DNA of 64,000 nt from contig OZ038378.1 in the NCBI GenBank assembly GCA_964036045.1, positions 164,734,001-164,798,000 on the forward strand. The letters are read 5' to 3'. The position numbers were made by a program, and so were the translations under genes. The notes beneath the pieces were generated by a model, which saw only the letters and a program-made list of their open reading frames with translations, had not been told where the DNA came from and did no database searches. The stretch comes from Eutreptiella sp. 'Long Island Sound 2002'. Lineage: Eukaryota; Protista; Euglenida. Shown here one piece after another: positions 48,191 to 61,740 of this stretch; within the stretch, counting starts at the first letter, position 1; every line of letters begins with the position of its first letter.

Positions 48191-50815
48191 TTTGCTACAC
48201 AGTTGGCATGCAAATGTAGCATCACTATCATCCGTTGACGTATTTGTTGTGTACAATGTTGTTTGGCGTATGCTTGCTGTTACCAAACTTCCAAAAACTT
48301 GCTTTGTGGTGTACACATCCTGAAGTTCCTTGGATGATGACATATACTCCCCCCTACCCCCCCTGAAACTGTCACTCGGCCCAAAAAGCATAGGAAATAG
48401 TAGGCGCGGAAGAAAAATTTTCCTTAGGTTATACTAGGACTGCTGCAGATTTAGTGCTACCATGGTGTGGTGCAACCTGGGGGGGGGGGGGGTCACAACA
48501 GTGCGGGGAAGATTTCAAGGGCAGGGGGGCAGGGTACCATGCATTTTGTGTTGTATTCAAATGGAAGGCTGGGTGAAGTTTCGCCAAGCCTCTTCAACAG
48601 AAATGAAAAGGGTGTATGTTTTGAGCAAGACTGTGCTGGGTCAAGTATGGCCCAATTAGATGAAAAGTGCAAAAATGTATGGGTATCTGATTACCACTTG
48701 TCTTTGCTCCTTGTCTGGGGGGCTAACATAAATGGTTGCATTGGAGTGTTGGAACGCCGGGGCTCCACTGTGGACGGTACAGGCAGGTCAACAAAAGTAA
48801 CTGCAATCTGTAAATTCTACCACATCCTGGTAAGGGGGATAAACAAATTGCACAGAGTACAAATTTTGGAAACAATTGTGTTCACGCACTTTGCACTTTG
48901 CACTGGTACTTTTTTTTTGCTTGTAGCATTCCATCCATGCGAGGGCGTACTGCATCCATCCAGTCATGTTGGTCATGGCAATCCCCACCACATACCACAT
49001 AGTCAATATGCCCCTGGCGTCCATTTCTACACCTTCTAAGGTGGTCTAAGGTGACCTTGTATGCTCCTACTGGCATGTGGGTCCCCGGTGCATATAATAC
49101 AGGCCATCATGGTTGCATAATCTGACATATCTGCATGTGCGAGCCTTGTGGCCCTGTGCCCCGCAGTGGGGCGGATCCCAGTAACGTCGACAGTCGACCT
49201 TGGCATGGGCCCTGCAGCACATACTTGTACTCTTTTTTGTGCCTCAAGCAGTGGTGATGTGGTGTCCTTGTGTTTCTTGCCAGCTTTGGTTGCTTGGGTC
49301 GTATGCTTTTGAGGGCGACAGTGCACTTGTTCTGTGGGTTTTTCTCTGTCACATTGAGATTGACCTTTTGAGCCCTAAGTGCTCCATACCATGCAGAACC
49401 TGAGTTTCCCCCTTCCGGTCCTAGCTCTTGGGCACCATGGGTAATGTGTTACGTAGTTGTGTCACACCTGTCATGGTCAGGTCTCAGATCCCTTTGCATA
49501 ACTCCTTTTGCAGGAGACAAAAGGAATAGTGCAGCAAATATTCCGCAGATGGTATTGCTTGGGTCGGTCATACTTAGCACAATGCAACACCCAAAACACA
49601 ATGTCCACAACCGCCCTGGAATGAATGGGAACAATTGGCACAACACATTTGGAAAGAAAAAGTCTGAGAAAAGGGTACTAGAGTGCACGTACTGTGGGGT
49701 GAAGGAAGAGGTGAGACATTCCATTAGGAAATGTTGGCGGAACATGACATTTACAATTACAAACGCAGTAAATGCCAGCCACAAAGGGCGCCCTAGAGAA
49801 ATGGCTTATCTTGGTGATGAAGAAGCGAGAGCACGCAAGAGGCAGAGGATGGAGCAGAACAGTGTGTAATGCTGTGGTAAGTGGAGGAAACACAGCACCC
49901 ACACAAGCTTGCGCTCTGCCCCACACCACATGTTCAACAAAACAAGGGACAAAGTGAGCTTTACAAACAACACAAGGCCGTCAGGTGTGGCACTGCACTA
50001 GTGCATACTCAAAGGGTAGATCGCAAGTAGCGAACAGTGATTGAGGCTGGAACACACAATGAATGCGGAACCCTTGTTTGTACTATATGCCCTACTCATT
50101 GCTCCAGGCTGTTGCCTGAGAGCTCACATTGCACTCATTGAACTTGTTGAGCCTGAACAAAAGAAAAAGAGGTTTAGCTTTCTGTGCAGTGTGGTACCTT
50201 GGAATTGAGGTGCAAGCAGGCCTGTGTGAGGGAGGGCATGGCACATTCGTAGCATGTTTGGCCACGTAGTGTTCCACGTTGGCTGATTTTCGAAAGGCAA
50301 ACAGTCCGCTAACAGCACCAGACACAGATTCTGTCATTTCTGGGCTCTGGATTGGATTTATGGGGGCATTATTATGCTGCCTGAAATTTTGTCCAAGTGA
50401 ACTGGTGTCCAAGAGATTCAGTACAGGGGGTGCCCATTGCCTTCCAAGGCATAACCCCCACCCCCGCCCCCCCGCCCCCCCGCCCAGTGTCTAACAAATG
50501 CTGTGTCCAACGAACAGTTTCAGTTGGACCGTAAAGTTTTGGGACCCAGTTGATGAGGTTCCGGGTTTAGGTATCGAATTAAGTAGGTACTGAACAGTGC
50601 GTCCAACGAACACTCCTGTTCGGACCGTATTTTTTGAAGACTTCATTGTTCGCTGGACGCAGGGGTGGGGGGGTCAGAGGCAACACCGTTGATCTTGCCA
50701 TGGGTACTGGTTTGAAGATGTTTGCCTTTGTGTTCTTGCTGAATGTGCACAGTGCAAGTGCATGCCACGGAGGCAGAATGCGATGTCTGCCAGAAACACT
50801 TCCTTTTCATCTCAG

Positions 50816-50992
50816 ATGCAGTTCTGTATCCCATTGTTTTGTTTGCTGTTGCTCATTACTGACATTGCTGGCGACTATGGCTTGATTTTGCACCCTGAAG
50901 TTGTGAAGTCTCCAGTTGCAGATTTCCTGGGGGACCACATGTGCAGTCTGAGATTTGTATCAGAGGAGAACGTCCATCGGTACACACTGCAG
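50816..50992 (+). CDS. Putative secreted hypothetical protein, exon 1
   Basis: Polypyrimidine tract plus ctcag|ATG; MQFCIPLFCLLLLITDIAG is signal-peptide-like; 59 codons to the cag|gt donor, phase 0. Confidence 0.55.
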
Positions 50993-53056
50993 GTGCTCTG
51001 CGTGGGATTGATCGTGTTTCTGGCCACCCCTCAGCCATGCAAATGTGTTGCATGCATGTTTGAGAGTTAATATAGCAAAAGAGTGCTTTCCTCTGAAGTG
51101 CCCTGAAACACGCGGGCAAAACTGCACCTGGAACAAGAGGCACTCTGAAACACGCCGTTTCTTTTCGGTGCTTCCTTGAGTGCATGTTTCATCGCAATCG
51201 CAAGAGAACCTACAGCAACCTTTTTTCTTCGAAAATCCATACAGCTGTAGCTCCAACTTTTTGCTAAACATGGCTTGTTGCTGAGGGGATGCATTTACAT
51301 GCAGTGTTAACACAGTGCACAGTGCTCTCGCGACCAGAAGTACTGGGACCCTGTTTTCAGGCTTTTTCAACACCATATGAAACTACTGGGGACATGCGTA
51401 GTGTTGTGTGTTTCTCCGCTCTAAGAGCGCTTCAGGAATGAACGGCAACCATCCAGAAGCCTCAGGGGGGCGCACCGTGCGCTGTGCCCGCTTTGTGCCC
51501 GCGCTGTGCGCGAAAAGTAGGCTACTTTGGACCCGTTTCCCCCGCAGTGACTACTGTGTTCCCATACGCAGCACCACGATTCTTAATCGGTCCAAAAACT
51601 CAGACAATCAGTTAAAACAAACTGTTGTTTCCCACTGAAAATGCCAGATTGCTGTCTAAATCTGCTGTGTTTGCCCTGTGGACGTATGCTTCCCCGGTGG
51701 AGGGGGGTGTTCAGGGTGGTCATGGGAGGCCGACCTTACCATTGGAGGCTGTGCCGTGCGCGGGCCGTGCGGAGATACCCCCGGGGGAATAACACTCCGA
51801 CGCGCATTTCTGAGTGAGGCGTGTCTCGACGAGATTTGTTTGCATTGATCTGTGACCCCACTGTTATGTGCCTCACAATGATTTGCACCACCTGGCAAGT
51901 GTTCAAAGGTCCAACTGCCACTCAAACAAGACAGAAAGGACGGGCCTAGCGGCCAAGTAGTGGCCGCGGGGCCCAGGTAGCCCGAGCCATGGACCCCCCC
52001 CCCCCCGACAGCCCTGACAGCAGCAATCAGCACGCACAACGTGGGGCTGACCACTGACTGGTATGCACGCCTAACCCAATAGAGTCCACGAGTCCAAAGG
52101 CCCAGATCTGACCGTAAAGGGTGAGATGACAAGGGATTGGGCAGGGAGCGAGCACACAAGACACTGGCTGTGAGGACGATCGCCGGACATTGGCTCAAAC
52201 AGTGGACAGTAGGCGGTGAACGCCATGGGGAGCAGGCGCGGCCGGAGCCTAATGCGGACATTGCAACCTGACCCATTGCAGCCGACAGCCCTGAAATTGC
52301 TTTTGCCTGGGCTGCTTAGTGACACTGAATTTTTTTTTCGAAAATTTGACCTTTTCCAAACTCCTTCTGTCGCCTCTGGGATGGGTTTGGATGATCACTT
52401 GGTGACAATGTATATGTTCCCCCCCCCCCCCCCTGCCCCCCAATAACACGAGGAGATCGCCACCCCTGCGTCATTCCTTCGACAAAGTTGAATCTGGCCG
52501 GCCACCCCAAAATTCGTACATCATGTGTAACATCAGTGCTCACACTCCATTCGCCACAAGGAACAACATCCAGCCAGGCCATTCGCTTCCTGTAAAACCG
52601 TCACGGGGGGGGGGGGATTCGGTGGCGAAGGACCCGTTGCTTCAGCCCCCCACCAACACACTCCCCATCGCCACGCACGCCCTGCGGCACGCCTCCGCGA
52701 ACACACCCGAGTGCGGAAGTCCGGACCGTGCAGGCCTCCCCCACTTTTTGGATGGCTCGCCCCCCTTTTTGCAGCGGCAGCCGACATCGTCCCACCCCCA
52801 TCCGTGGAAGATGGACCACCTCCCGCCCCCACTGAAGGAGGTCTCCCAGGGTCTACAGGGTCTACAGTGGGACATGCTCCTGAAGCAGGGGTGATATAAG
52901 GGCGTTTGGAAGGGGTGTGCTTGGTGACTCTTCAAGGGGAACTTGGTCCAAAAAGTAGTGCACGTGCAAAGGGCGCCAATCCTGAACGGCGCTGCGCCCC
53001 CCTGCAGCGCTTGCAGGCCTGCCGGCCCCCGAGCGTTCGTCTGCCCCTGGCTGCAG

Positions 53057-53356
53057 GTGGAAGCTGCCCATGTGGACCGCAAGGGCATGGTCAGGGCTGT
53101 GGATACGGACGGCCGCAGGCGAGAGGTCACGCTGCAGATGAAGTGGCTGGCGGACGGGCAGCTGAAGGTGCACGTGCAGAGCCGCCAGGAGCAGTACACG
53201 GGGGTGGCGGACGCGCAGGTGCGGCTCCGGCCGCACGGCGGGTTCAGCGTGCGGGCGCAGACCTGGACGAGTGGCACGGGCGCCTTTGCCGCGCTGAGCG
53301 ACTTTGTGTACTTCGAGTGCGCTGCCGCATCGCGAGAGGCCGATGGTGAGCTCTGA
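53057..53356 (+). CDS. Putative secreted hypothetical protein, terminal exon
   Basis: ctgcag|gtg acceptor; high-GC3 frame VEAAHVDRKG...READGEL*; joins exon 1 in phase (158 aa total). Confidence 0.65.
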   Translation: MEAAHVDRKGMVRAVDTDGRRREVTLQMKWLADGQLKVHVQSRQEQYTGVADAQVRLRPHGGFSVRAQTWTSGTGAFAALSDFVYFECAAASREADGEL

Positions 53357-54599
53357 CCGGACGCGCTGGAGGCGCGGCGCCGGCGGCGGATGCCGGGCAA
53401 GGCCCTGAGCGGCGGGGGGGCTGTGACTGAGGAGCCGCGGCGCGGGCGGATCGGGGCTGAGGCGGAGAGCGAGTGGGTCTGGCCGTTGGAGCGGAATGTC
53501 TGCGCGCGGGCGGCCACTTGCGCGCGACGGGGGGCACGTTCCGGGGGTGGGGCTGGGGGGCCTTCCCATTGGCCCCGCCGGTCTTTCGCGCCTCCCGAAT
53601 GCGGGCGGAGCGTGGCCCCCCGCGCGGCGTCGGCCTCCGCGCGCGCCGCTGCCGGACTGCGGGTCCGCGTCGGCGGCCTGGCACCGGGCGCCCGTCCGCC
53701 GCTTGTGTGGGCGTCGCGCGGACGCCACTGCACTGGCCAACGGGACGGCGTGGCTGAGGTTTGGGACGGGGCCGTGCGATCAAACTCGTGGCGACGCCGG
53801 TGGGTGCCCCTCAGGCACTGCGGGACTGCCGACGCCGAACCGCCGCCCTGTGACCCACCCACCGCCTGTCGGTCGCAAAGGCCGGCGGCGCGGGGGCCGG
53901 GCCTCACGCACACGGACACGCCGCGAGACATGGACCGGGCGGCGCGGGCGTGACGGAGAGCGGGCGGCAAGAAACCGTCGCACGACCCCCGCAACCAGCA
54001 CAACCCCCCGGCGCGCCAGCTACTGGGCGCCGCTCAGGCGGAAGCGACACCACAAGGGGCACGGGCCGCGGCGGCCGTCAGAACGCGGCGCCCCGACGCA
54101 ACATGCGGAGGGAAGGACGGGTGACTGTCCAGGACCCCGCGAAGAAACAACAACCAGACGGCATGTCACACGGGGGGCGGGGGGGGGGGGGGGGGGCAAA
54201 AGGACCGCCCCATCGCGCGGATCACGTTCGGATGCCATTGTCAGCCACCCGCACCCGCTGCCCGAGACACAGCCGCGCGCACGCGGGGCCTGCGCGGCGG
54301 CGTGCGTGCGTGCACTGGACGCGGCCGGCTCCGAGTGCGCTGTGGGTGTGGCTGCAGCGGACGGCACCGCGTGGCACAGCAGATGGGGCTGGGGCCTGCC
54401 GAGACCCTGTTTCGCTGCCGAATGCATTTGTCTGGCCGCGAAGGTCTCCGTTGAACCCCCCCCCCCCCCCACGGCACCAGTGCGGCGACCTCCGGGCAGC
54501 ATTGGGCGCTGTTCTGGTTTGCGCTGCGTGACTGGGAACACTATATCAACTCGAGCCACACACCACATGCCAATCGGCCGACCGGTCGCACACCTTTGG

Positions 54600-55137
54600 G
54601 CAGGCGGGCTTTCAATTGGAGGGGCGGAGGGGGTTGATAGAGCCCCTAGACCCCCCCTCCCCCCAAAGGGATCCGCACTACTGCGGATGCCCGCAGTAGT
54701 GCGGATGTTTGCGTATCATAGCAGACGGTTCAAGGGCGAGAGGCCAATAGGCGCCACAGGCTAACAGAGCCAATTGCCAAGGCCTGGTGCCAAAAACCCC
54801 CCCAAAAGGGGCTCAATTGACGGGCCCCCAAAATCCTACCGAGACTGACCCCCGGGCCTCGGAGGTGACCCAGACCCAAAAATCGGCAAAGAATGAAAAT
54901 CGGATTTTTGGAATCAGTGCGTCGAGGGGGTTCAGAAAAGTCATCACTTGCCGTATATTTGGGGCAAAAAATTTGACCATTTTTAATGCGCCAAAAAATC
55001 TTCGGCGCCTTCAGCGCCAGATTTCCTCTTAACTGATTAATGGTCCTGTCAATTGAGCCCTTTTCCCAGACCCCCCCCCCCCCCCGTTTTGGGGGGCTCT
55101 ATTGCCCCCTCCCCCAATTGAAAGCCTTTCTGCCCCT
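54600..55137. mobile_element. Foldback element with nested inverted repeats
   Basis: Outer ggctttcaattgg / ccaattgaaagcc and inner aaaaggggctcaattgac / gtcaattgagccctttt inverted pairs. Confidence 0.7.
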
Positions 55138-55192
55138 TTGCACCCAAGGCAAACCGAACACGTGAGTGGATCCCCCCTTCCCTCCACATCAG

Positions 55193-55290
55193 AGTCCTCT
55201 CTTCCTGCTGACCTTGAAAGTGGAGGAGCTGGCGAAGCAAGTCTCGGAGCTCCGCGGTGAATTGGTGGCGACGAAGGGTCCTCACCAACG
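55193..55290 (+). CDS. Possible upstream exon (stem/coiled region), perhaps of the GT61 gene
   Basis: AG/GT bounded; SPLFLLTLKVEELAKQVSELRGELVATKGPHQ; linkage to the GT61 exon not demonstrated. Confidence 0.3.
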
Positions 55291-58038
55291 GTTGTACAAT
55301 CTCAGTGTTGAGTCGTTAATCCTCACACTCAGCCACAGTTGGCCCAGCAGTGTACTCGTCAAGCCGACCACCAAACTCCTCCTCTTGGATCTGTAGGTCT
55401 GTCCAGAGCTGCCGCTGGAAGGGTGCTTGCGGTCTAGGCGCTAGCTGTGGGCTCTGCCCTTTAGAGTTAGAAGCAGTTGGAGACCAGTATTAACGGCTGG
55501 TGGCCAAGGTCGCAGCGCCCAACACGCGTTTCACTGCAGTGGAGGGCTCTCCACGCCATCCATCGGGCACTCCACATTGTAGAACCAGAACGCGAGGTGG
55601 GTTTGTGGTATGTCTCCTCTTTCTCTTTCAAAATTTTGGGCACATTTCTCTGATGGCCGCGTGTTGCAAAGGTCTACACCGAAGCCTGCACGTGCAACAG
55701 CACCTGTGGCACTGAAGGTAGATGCAGGCACACAGTCCACGGGCACGTAGATCAATGCCTTGCTGCCACCTGCGCTGATCCCTGGTCTTCATGTCTGGGG
55801 GGATTTGTAAAGTGGGATCGCTTTTTGGAAGTTGTCAGATAGGCTGCTGCCAAGCCTCAGCCAATGCCACAGCCGAAACGTGTTCTAGGGGTGCGTGCGA
55901 GGCATACAGGCATGATCGAGCAGGGAAAAGCCCGCTGCGAGGGCTACGCCTCAGGCGAAACCTCTAGCCGTGCCGCCGGCTGCGGATGTCATGCCACCTT
56001 TGTGTGGTGGTGACACCAAACCGTCGTTAGTTGTTTTTTTTTTGTAACTTAAAAACCCAAAATGTCTCGCCTCTTGCTTGAGTTTGACCAAAGCCTCAAC
56101 CGGACCTCAAAGTCGACCAAGCAGATGCAGCAGCACAACACAAATCAGTGATCCCCTTGCCGCATATACCCAAAAGTGGCACGTATGGTTCAGACGCGTT
56201 TCGCCTCTACACGAGGCCTCCTCAGTAAAACATCCCACGAAAAAAGAATAGACACTCAGAAATCGAGCGAGTGAGTATTCTCTTCTCCATCTCTGCGTCA
56301 ACGGAGGCTCAAATCCCCACGAACTCAATTACAAAGCAAACAAAGCACATGCAAAAGAGCCAGGTGGCCTGAGCAATGCTGTCTGCAGAGACTCTTGTGC
56401 CCCTCGGTCTCTTTGTGGAGGCCATGGCAGTGATTGTTTTGATTTGTGCATTTGGGCATGCGTTGGAAGTGGGAATGAGAGCGCTTGTGTTCCTCAACGC
56501 AAACGCTCAGATTTTTGTATTTTTCATGCGGATTGAAAAGGAGGCAAAACAATTTCTGAGCAAAGGACATCTGATTGGAGTCGAACTGAGTAAGTCTGGC
56601 AGGAGGTCAGGATCATGCGGGTCATTTCAAATGACATCATGGCCCCTGCACGGGGACAGCGGGGCACACCCTGCGTGAGGTACACCTGGTAAGACCGGCC
56701 CGGGCCGTGTTGGAGTCGGCAACTCATACACTAGTGCAGTAGTGCAGTAGTGCAGTAGGGACACGGTGCTGAGAACCATGACCACTGCCGCGCTTGTGCA
56801 ACCTTTCAACTGCTCCGTGTGTTGAGGCAGGGAGGTGAAGAGGTGCCGAGGGTGCCAGGGGGTGGGGGAGTAGCACTGCATCCTGGTGGTAGCCACTTCA
56901 CCCAACCGTTTGTGTCGGCAGTGGCGGTCACAATGGCCTCACAAGCCCCAAGAGGCGCATGGCACCCGCAGTCCGTGAGGTGCCGTGAGGTACGAGGAGA
57001 GGGACTTTACATACCCATACCCCCCCCCCCCCCCTCACAGTAGCTGGAAATGTTGCCGCAGGGGGAGGCTCCGGTCCAGACGTGTGGGTGGGCGGCCCTG
57101 AACCATCTGAAGTGCACCCGCAGTGTGCTCCACTGCCACACTGTTGGGGAGCAGTGGGCAGTGGATCTCCTTTCGTACACTGCCTCACTGCCTGGGGGCA
57201 GTGGGCAGTGATGCTCCTCCTGTGCACTGCCTCACTGCCTATGGGCAGTGGGCAGGGCCCCGTGACAGCACACTACCTGCACTGTGCCACGTGCTGCACG
57301 GACTGATGGCTCTGTGCAGCGCAGTTCATGACCACTGTCTTTTGTTTCTAGGGTCCATACTCCGGGTACCCCCTATGGGCCGTTGCCGGTGAGGACTAGC
57401 TGTTTTCAGGTTGGCATGTGTCAGCTGAAATCACCTCGCAGAGGTTGGTAGATCAAACCCACGCAGGCCTGTGTTATTTGGGAAAACACCACATACCCCC
57501 CCGTTTTGGGTTTATTCGTTCGGTTCAACCCCTTTGTTTTGTCCAATAGATGCAACACCCCATGAGTTTTTGCTCGGACCCCCCTATCCCCCCCCTCCCC
57601 CCACTTGAAACCCACTAGTTTGAGGGTGGGGCTTGGTGGGGGGCTTGGTGGGGGGCTTGGTGGGGGGTGGGGTTGGGGTCAAAAAAAGACCCCTCTTTTT
57701 CGGTCGAAGACCGCGAATCTTTTGGTTTTCTCGAATTTGAACCGAAAAAGTGTTTCCAGGTCCCGACTCCATAGGGTTTGTGTGGGCAGAGTGAAAGGTT
57801 GTCGGCGTTTTTGTCCGTGGCACATTGTGACAGTATACGCATATTCGGATACAAAAGGACGTTTTTTGCAGCCTCGAGCCTTGCCCAGGGCTGGTCATGG
57901 CCTGTGTAAAGATGCGAAATGATCCTTTCCGCGTGTTGGCTGAAAAATGCATTTTTTCTGGCGACTCTCTATTTCAGAAGTGCGCTAGATGATTGCTGGC
58001 ATTTTATGGAGTCCCCCCCCCCCCCACCCCATCCCCAG

Positions 58039-58407
58039 AAGACGGACGCCGGAACAAGATCTGGATTATGCCGAGGAACTGCGCTTACAATCCGTGCTGC
58101 GAGTGCTGCACAAGCAAGCGCCTTTGGGTGAATAGTTCACAGATTGCACAGCAACTGGTGAAGCGTTATCCCAATCATGAGATCATCAACACCGATTTAA
58201 ACGGGTTGGATCTCAAGAGTATTGTACAGTTGATGAGCAAAACACAAGTTGCCGTCAGCGTGCACAGCTCTGGCCTTTGGAACACCCTTTTTCTGCGACC
58301 AGGCTCTGTGGTTGTGGAGATCTGGCCTAGTGAATACTATCAGGCGGACTACGAGCAGTTTACAGGACAAGGTGGCTCGCACTACATTAAGGGTTCAGCT
58401 GTTGAGG
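58039..58407 (+). CDS. Glycosyltransferase family 61 (DUF563) catalytic exon
   Basis: LKSIVQLMSKTQVAVSVHSSGLWNTLFLRPGSVVVEIWP fits the GT61 HG.GL.N.LF..PG..VVE+.P motif; ccccag| acceptor and |gtcagt donor. Other exons unresolved. Confidence 0.8.
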
Positions 58408-59540
58408 GTCAGTTCTTTGGCCACCACGCTTGGGTAATCACCAGCAGGTGTTGTTTGCACAACATTTGGAGCCATGTCCTCCATTGCCCCTCATAAATAC
58501 GCCCCCTCGTCAGAGCAATGGCAGGTGTTTTTTTGGTGGGGGACTTTGGTGTTGCTCTCGCAAGGGGGGGTGGGTGGGTAGATGCATGCCGTTAATTCCT
58601 AGAGTGCATTTGACTATGGTTGATTCCCGTGCCGGCATGCAGTGTTGGCTGGACAAAAATATGGGATGCGATGTAGAAATCAGAGACCCACTGGAAGCCG
58701 AGAGCACAACAAATAGTGTTGGCAATATTGCCCAAAGTATGTGCCGCGCAGACCAATCAAGTCTTTGGAAAGAATGCTGATACTGTTCCATAGGCCGTTC
58801 CCTGAAAATGCCGCATATTGGGGGTGTTGTAGGCTAGGTGTGGAGGGTCCTTTTTTTTTTTTTTTTCCTTTTCTGTTATCCACATGCCCACTTCCTTCAG
58901 CGAGTGTGTGACTGCATGCCCAAAATTATACATTTTCTTTACAACAGGGGTTCCATTTCCCCCAAACATTGACATGCGCTCCCCATTTTTCCCATTTCAG
59001 GGCTAAAACCAATTGACAAGAAACTGCTGTGCTAACAGTCTGCAAAAGTCCCAACCCCCCAAAACCCAAAAAAAATCGCAACAAAACGCCACAAATCGTT
59101 ACGAAGAAAATAGCAATCTGGATGCTGTGAGCATGTGTTATGGCATGGGAAATAGCTGGGACCAGAGGCAGGAGCTGGGGAGCGGCAGATGCTGAGGCAG
59201 GGGCAAGGGTGAGCAGCTCGGGCGTGCAAGCCAGTGCCAAGCGCTCGCCAGTGAGCCTGCGCGGGGCCGCCTCCGAAGCGGCAGATGCTGAGGCAGGAGG
59301 GGCACAGCAGTGGGCAGCAAGTGACATGGAGTAGGCGGGCAGGGCATGGGCATGGCCTGTAGCATGGAGGGAGTTGCACGGCGCACGCTGCAAAGCTTTG
59401 GTATATTGATTGGCACGGGCATTGCTTTTGTGCCCATCTCAGGCCCATTTCAGGTCTCGTGAGATTTGTTTTTGTGGTTGTCAGTGTGGGCCAGATGGGG
59501 AGTAGTAGACGCCATTGGTTCATGGTGATAAGAAGTACAA

Positions 59541-60039
59541 GCAACCATCCAGGGAGGGAAGAGCAACCATCCAGGGAGGGAAGAGCAACCATCCAGGGAG
59601 GGAAGAGCAACCATCCAGGGAGGGAAGAGCAACCATCCAGGGAGGGAAGAGCAACCATCCAGGGAGGGAAGAGCAACCATCCAGGGAGGGAAGAGCAACC
59701 ATCCAGGGAGGGAAGAGCAACCATCCAGGGAGGGAAGAGCAACCACCCTGGGAGGGAAGAGCAACCATCCAGGGAGGGAAGAGCAACCATCCAGGGAGGG
59801 AAGAGCAACCACCCTGGGAGGGAAGAGCAACCATCCAGGGAGGGAAGAGCAACCATCCAGGGAGGGAAGAGCAACCATCCAGGGAGGGAAGAGCAACCAT
59901 CCAGGGAGGGAAGAGCAACCACCCTGGAGGGAAGAGCAACCATCCAGGGAGGGAAGAGCAACCATCCAGGGAGGGAAGAGCAACCATCCAGGGAGGGAAG
60001 AGCAACCATCCAGGGAGGGAAGAGCAACCATCCAGGGAG
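59541..60039. repeat. 22-bp minisatellite (gcaaccatccagggagggaaga), about 22 copies
   Basis: Near-perfect tandem array with a few accaccct variants. Confidence 0.95.
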
Positions 60040-60287
60040 TACCACCAACCCTCTGGAAGGCTCCAGCAGTTCCCACCATAATGGGTTTCAGAGGGGCTCA
60101 CCACCGGGTAAAACCTCTAGAAAGATCAAAACAGCACCGCTCCGTGTGCGCGCCGTGCGTGCACCGTGCCACAACGCCCCCATGAGTGGGGCAGGGGCGG
60201 CAAGAGTAGTGCCAACGGCAAGAGCGAGCGAGCCAGGGCCCTGCCTTGTCCATCCACCGCGGCGCTGTTCTGTGCAGACGCGTCACC

Positions 60288-60376
60288 ATGGGCATCAAGC
60301 GTGAGAACTTCCTCGCCCCAAACCCTCCCCAGACCTTCGTTGCCAACGGGGTTGGTATGGAATCCTACGTCACCAG
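60288..60376 (+). CDS. PYG-motif (FAM166/CIMIP2-like) putative axonemal protein, exon 1
   Basis: ctgtgcag acceptor 10 nt upstream; MGIKRENFLAPNPPQTFVANGVGMESYVT; ag|gtattg donor, phase 2. Confidence 0.7.
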
Positions 60377-61315
60377 GTATTGCCCTCCCCGTTGTTGAAG
60401 GCAGCGCATTCCTGCAGGCATCCCCCCCCCCCCCCAACCTTCAGGAAGGCAAGGGAGCAGCACCGCTGGGCGTGCTGGAACAGTCCCCGCCACGACGCAC
60501 AAAAGTGGAACGGAGATGGCGATGAAGGCCATGTGAGGGCAGGCGCGGCTGGGGCTGAGTGGCGTTTCCACACGTGACCTTTTGAGGCCCCTGTGCAGCA
60601 CGCCAACAATGTGCACAGTTCCCATCTCAGGTTCACGAAGTGTTGTAGCTGGAATAATGACCCCCCCCCCCCCCCCGCCCTGCCCCCCTCCTCCCTGAAC
60701 TTGGGCCAGAACGGCTCGTCTCAGAGGGCGGCTCGTGCACTGGGCAGCTTTCCTGTAGTATTCCTGGTCAGAATAGGCCAAGGAAGAGCGAACTTCGTGC
60801 TGTCTACACCACAAGCCTTCCATAATGAACAAAAGCCCAACCCCACTTCGCCCCACCCACCCACCCGCCCTTCCTCTCTTGGCCACGTAGTGCCAGCGCA
60901 AGAAAGGTGCATGGTATAGGTGGAAGGCATTTGTATGGTAGCACGCATGAGTGTATCATAGTGATGATCTCACTGGAACTGCCGGACACTGCTGCATATG
61001 CATACGGGGGGGGGTTACCCCCCGCCCCCCCCCCCCCCCCTCCAGGACCATTTTACCATTGATCCCCAGGACGCCCAGCCTATGCCCAGCCACTGTTCCG
61101 CTGACGGCAGGTGCCAGCTTCAGTGGCATTTGTAACCGACAATAACCTCCCCCAACCGCTTTGGCAACCTCCTCCAACCGCCTGTCTAACCACCTCTGGG
61201 GCCGCCTCTGAAGCCCCTTCCCTTCTAATGCATCCAGGGTCCCCCCCCCCCCCCCCCCGCCACGTGGGTCTGCCTCGGACACTCCTTCGGACTGCCCGTC
61301 GGGACCCCTGTGCAG

Positions 61316-61523
61316 GGACAAGCCCGGATGGAGACGCAGTCTCATGGAGATGCAGCCCAAGTTCGATGCCGACAGCCGGAACACCTCCGGGCACCTCCGC
61401 AGTGTCGCGGACAGTCCACGGGCCGGCCAACTGGTGCACAAGGGAGGCCGCAAGTTCGAGACCACCCTGCCGCACATCGACCACGTCCAGGGCTACGCAG
61501 GGCACGTGCCAGACCGACCACGG
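61316..61523 (+). CDS. PYG-motif protein, exon 2
   Basis: In-frame join gives R-DKPGWRRSLMEMQPK...HVQGYAGHVPDRPR; |gtgtgt donor, phase 0. Confidence 0.75.
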
Positions 61524-61671
61524 GTGTGTGACGGGGAGGGCCTTGGAAAAGGGAGGCAAGACCCCACCCGGTCCCCGTCGGATCCCCTCGACCACCACAA
61601 TCGTCCACAACCAGGGCTGTCCTTAAGAACCCAGATTTTGTTTTTTCCTGTTCCGGACAGCCCGCAGGGAC

Positions 61672-61740
61672 CACCAACCGCCAACCGCCAACCGCCAGCC
61701 GCCAACCGCCACCAACCGCCAATCGTCAATCCCCACCAAC
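61672..61740. repeat. Intronic (ccaaccg)n repeat, reverse orientation of the ggcggttgg family
   Basis: Tandem caaccgc units in intron 2 of the PYG gene. Confidence 0.7.

Noticed and set aside
49570-49869. CTYCG..H..C knuckle-like ORF
   Set aside because: Short motif with atypical spacing and no gag/pol context; may be chance.
52642-54764. 453-aa, 422-aa and other GC-rich ORFs
   Set aside because: Ala/Arg/Pro-rich shadow frames in very GC-rich sequence; only 53057-53356 has a coding-like signature.
56250-56560. Cys-rich open frame (HLCVNGGSNPHELNY...) as a GT61 exon
   Set aside because: Phase and donor could not be reconciled with neighbouring exons; left unannotated.
59032-60304. Long repetitive ORFs on both strands (QPSREGRATIQGG... 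/ WLLFPPWMVALP...)
   Set aside because: Open in several frames only because the 22-bp repeat lacks stop codons.
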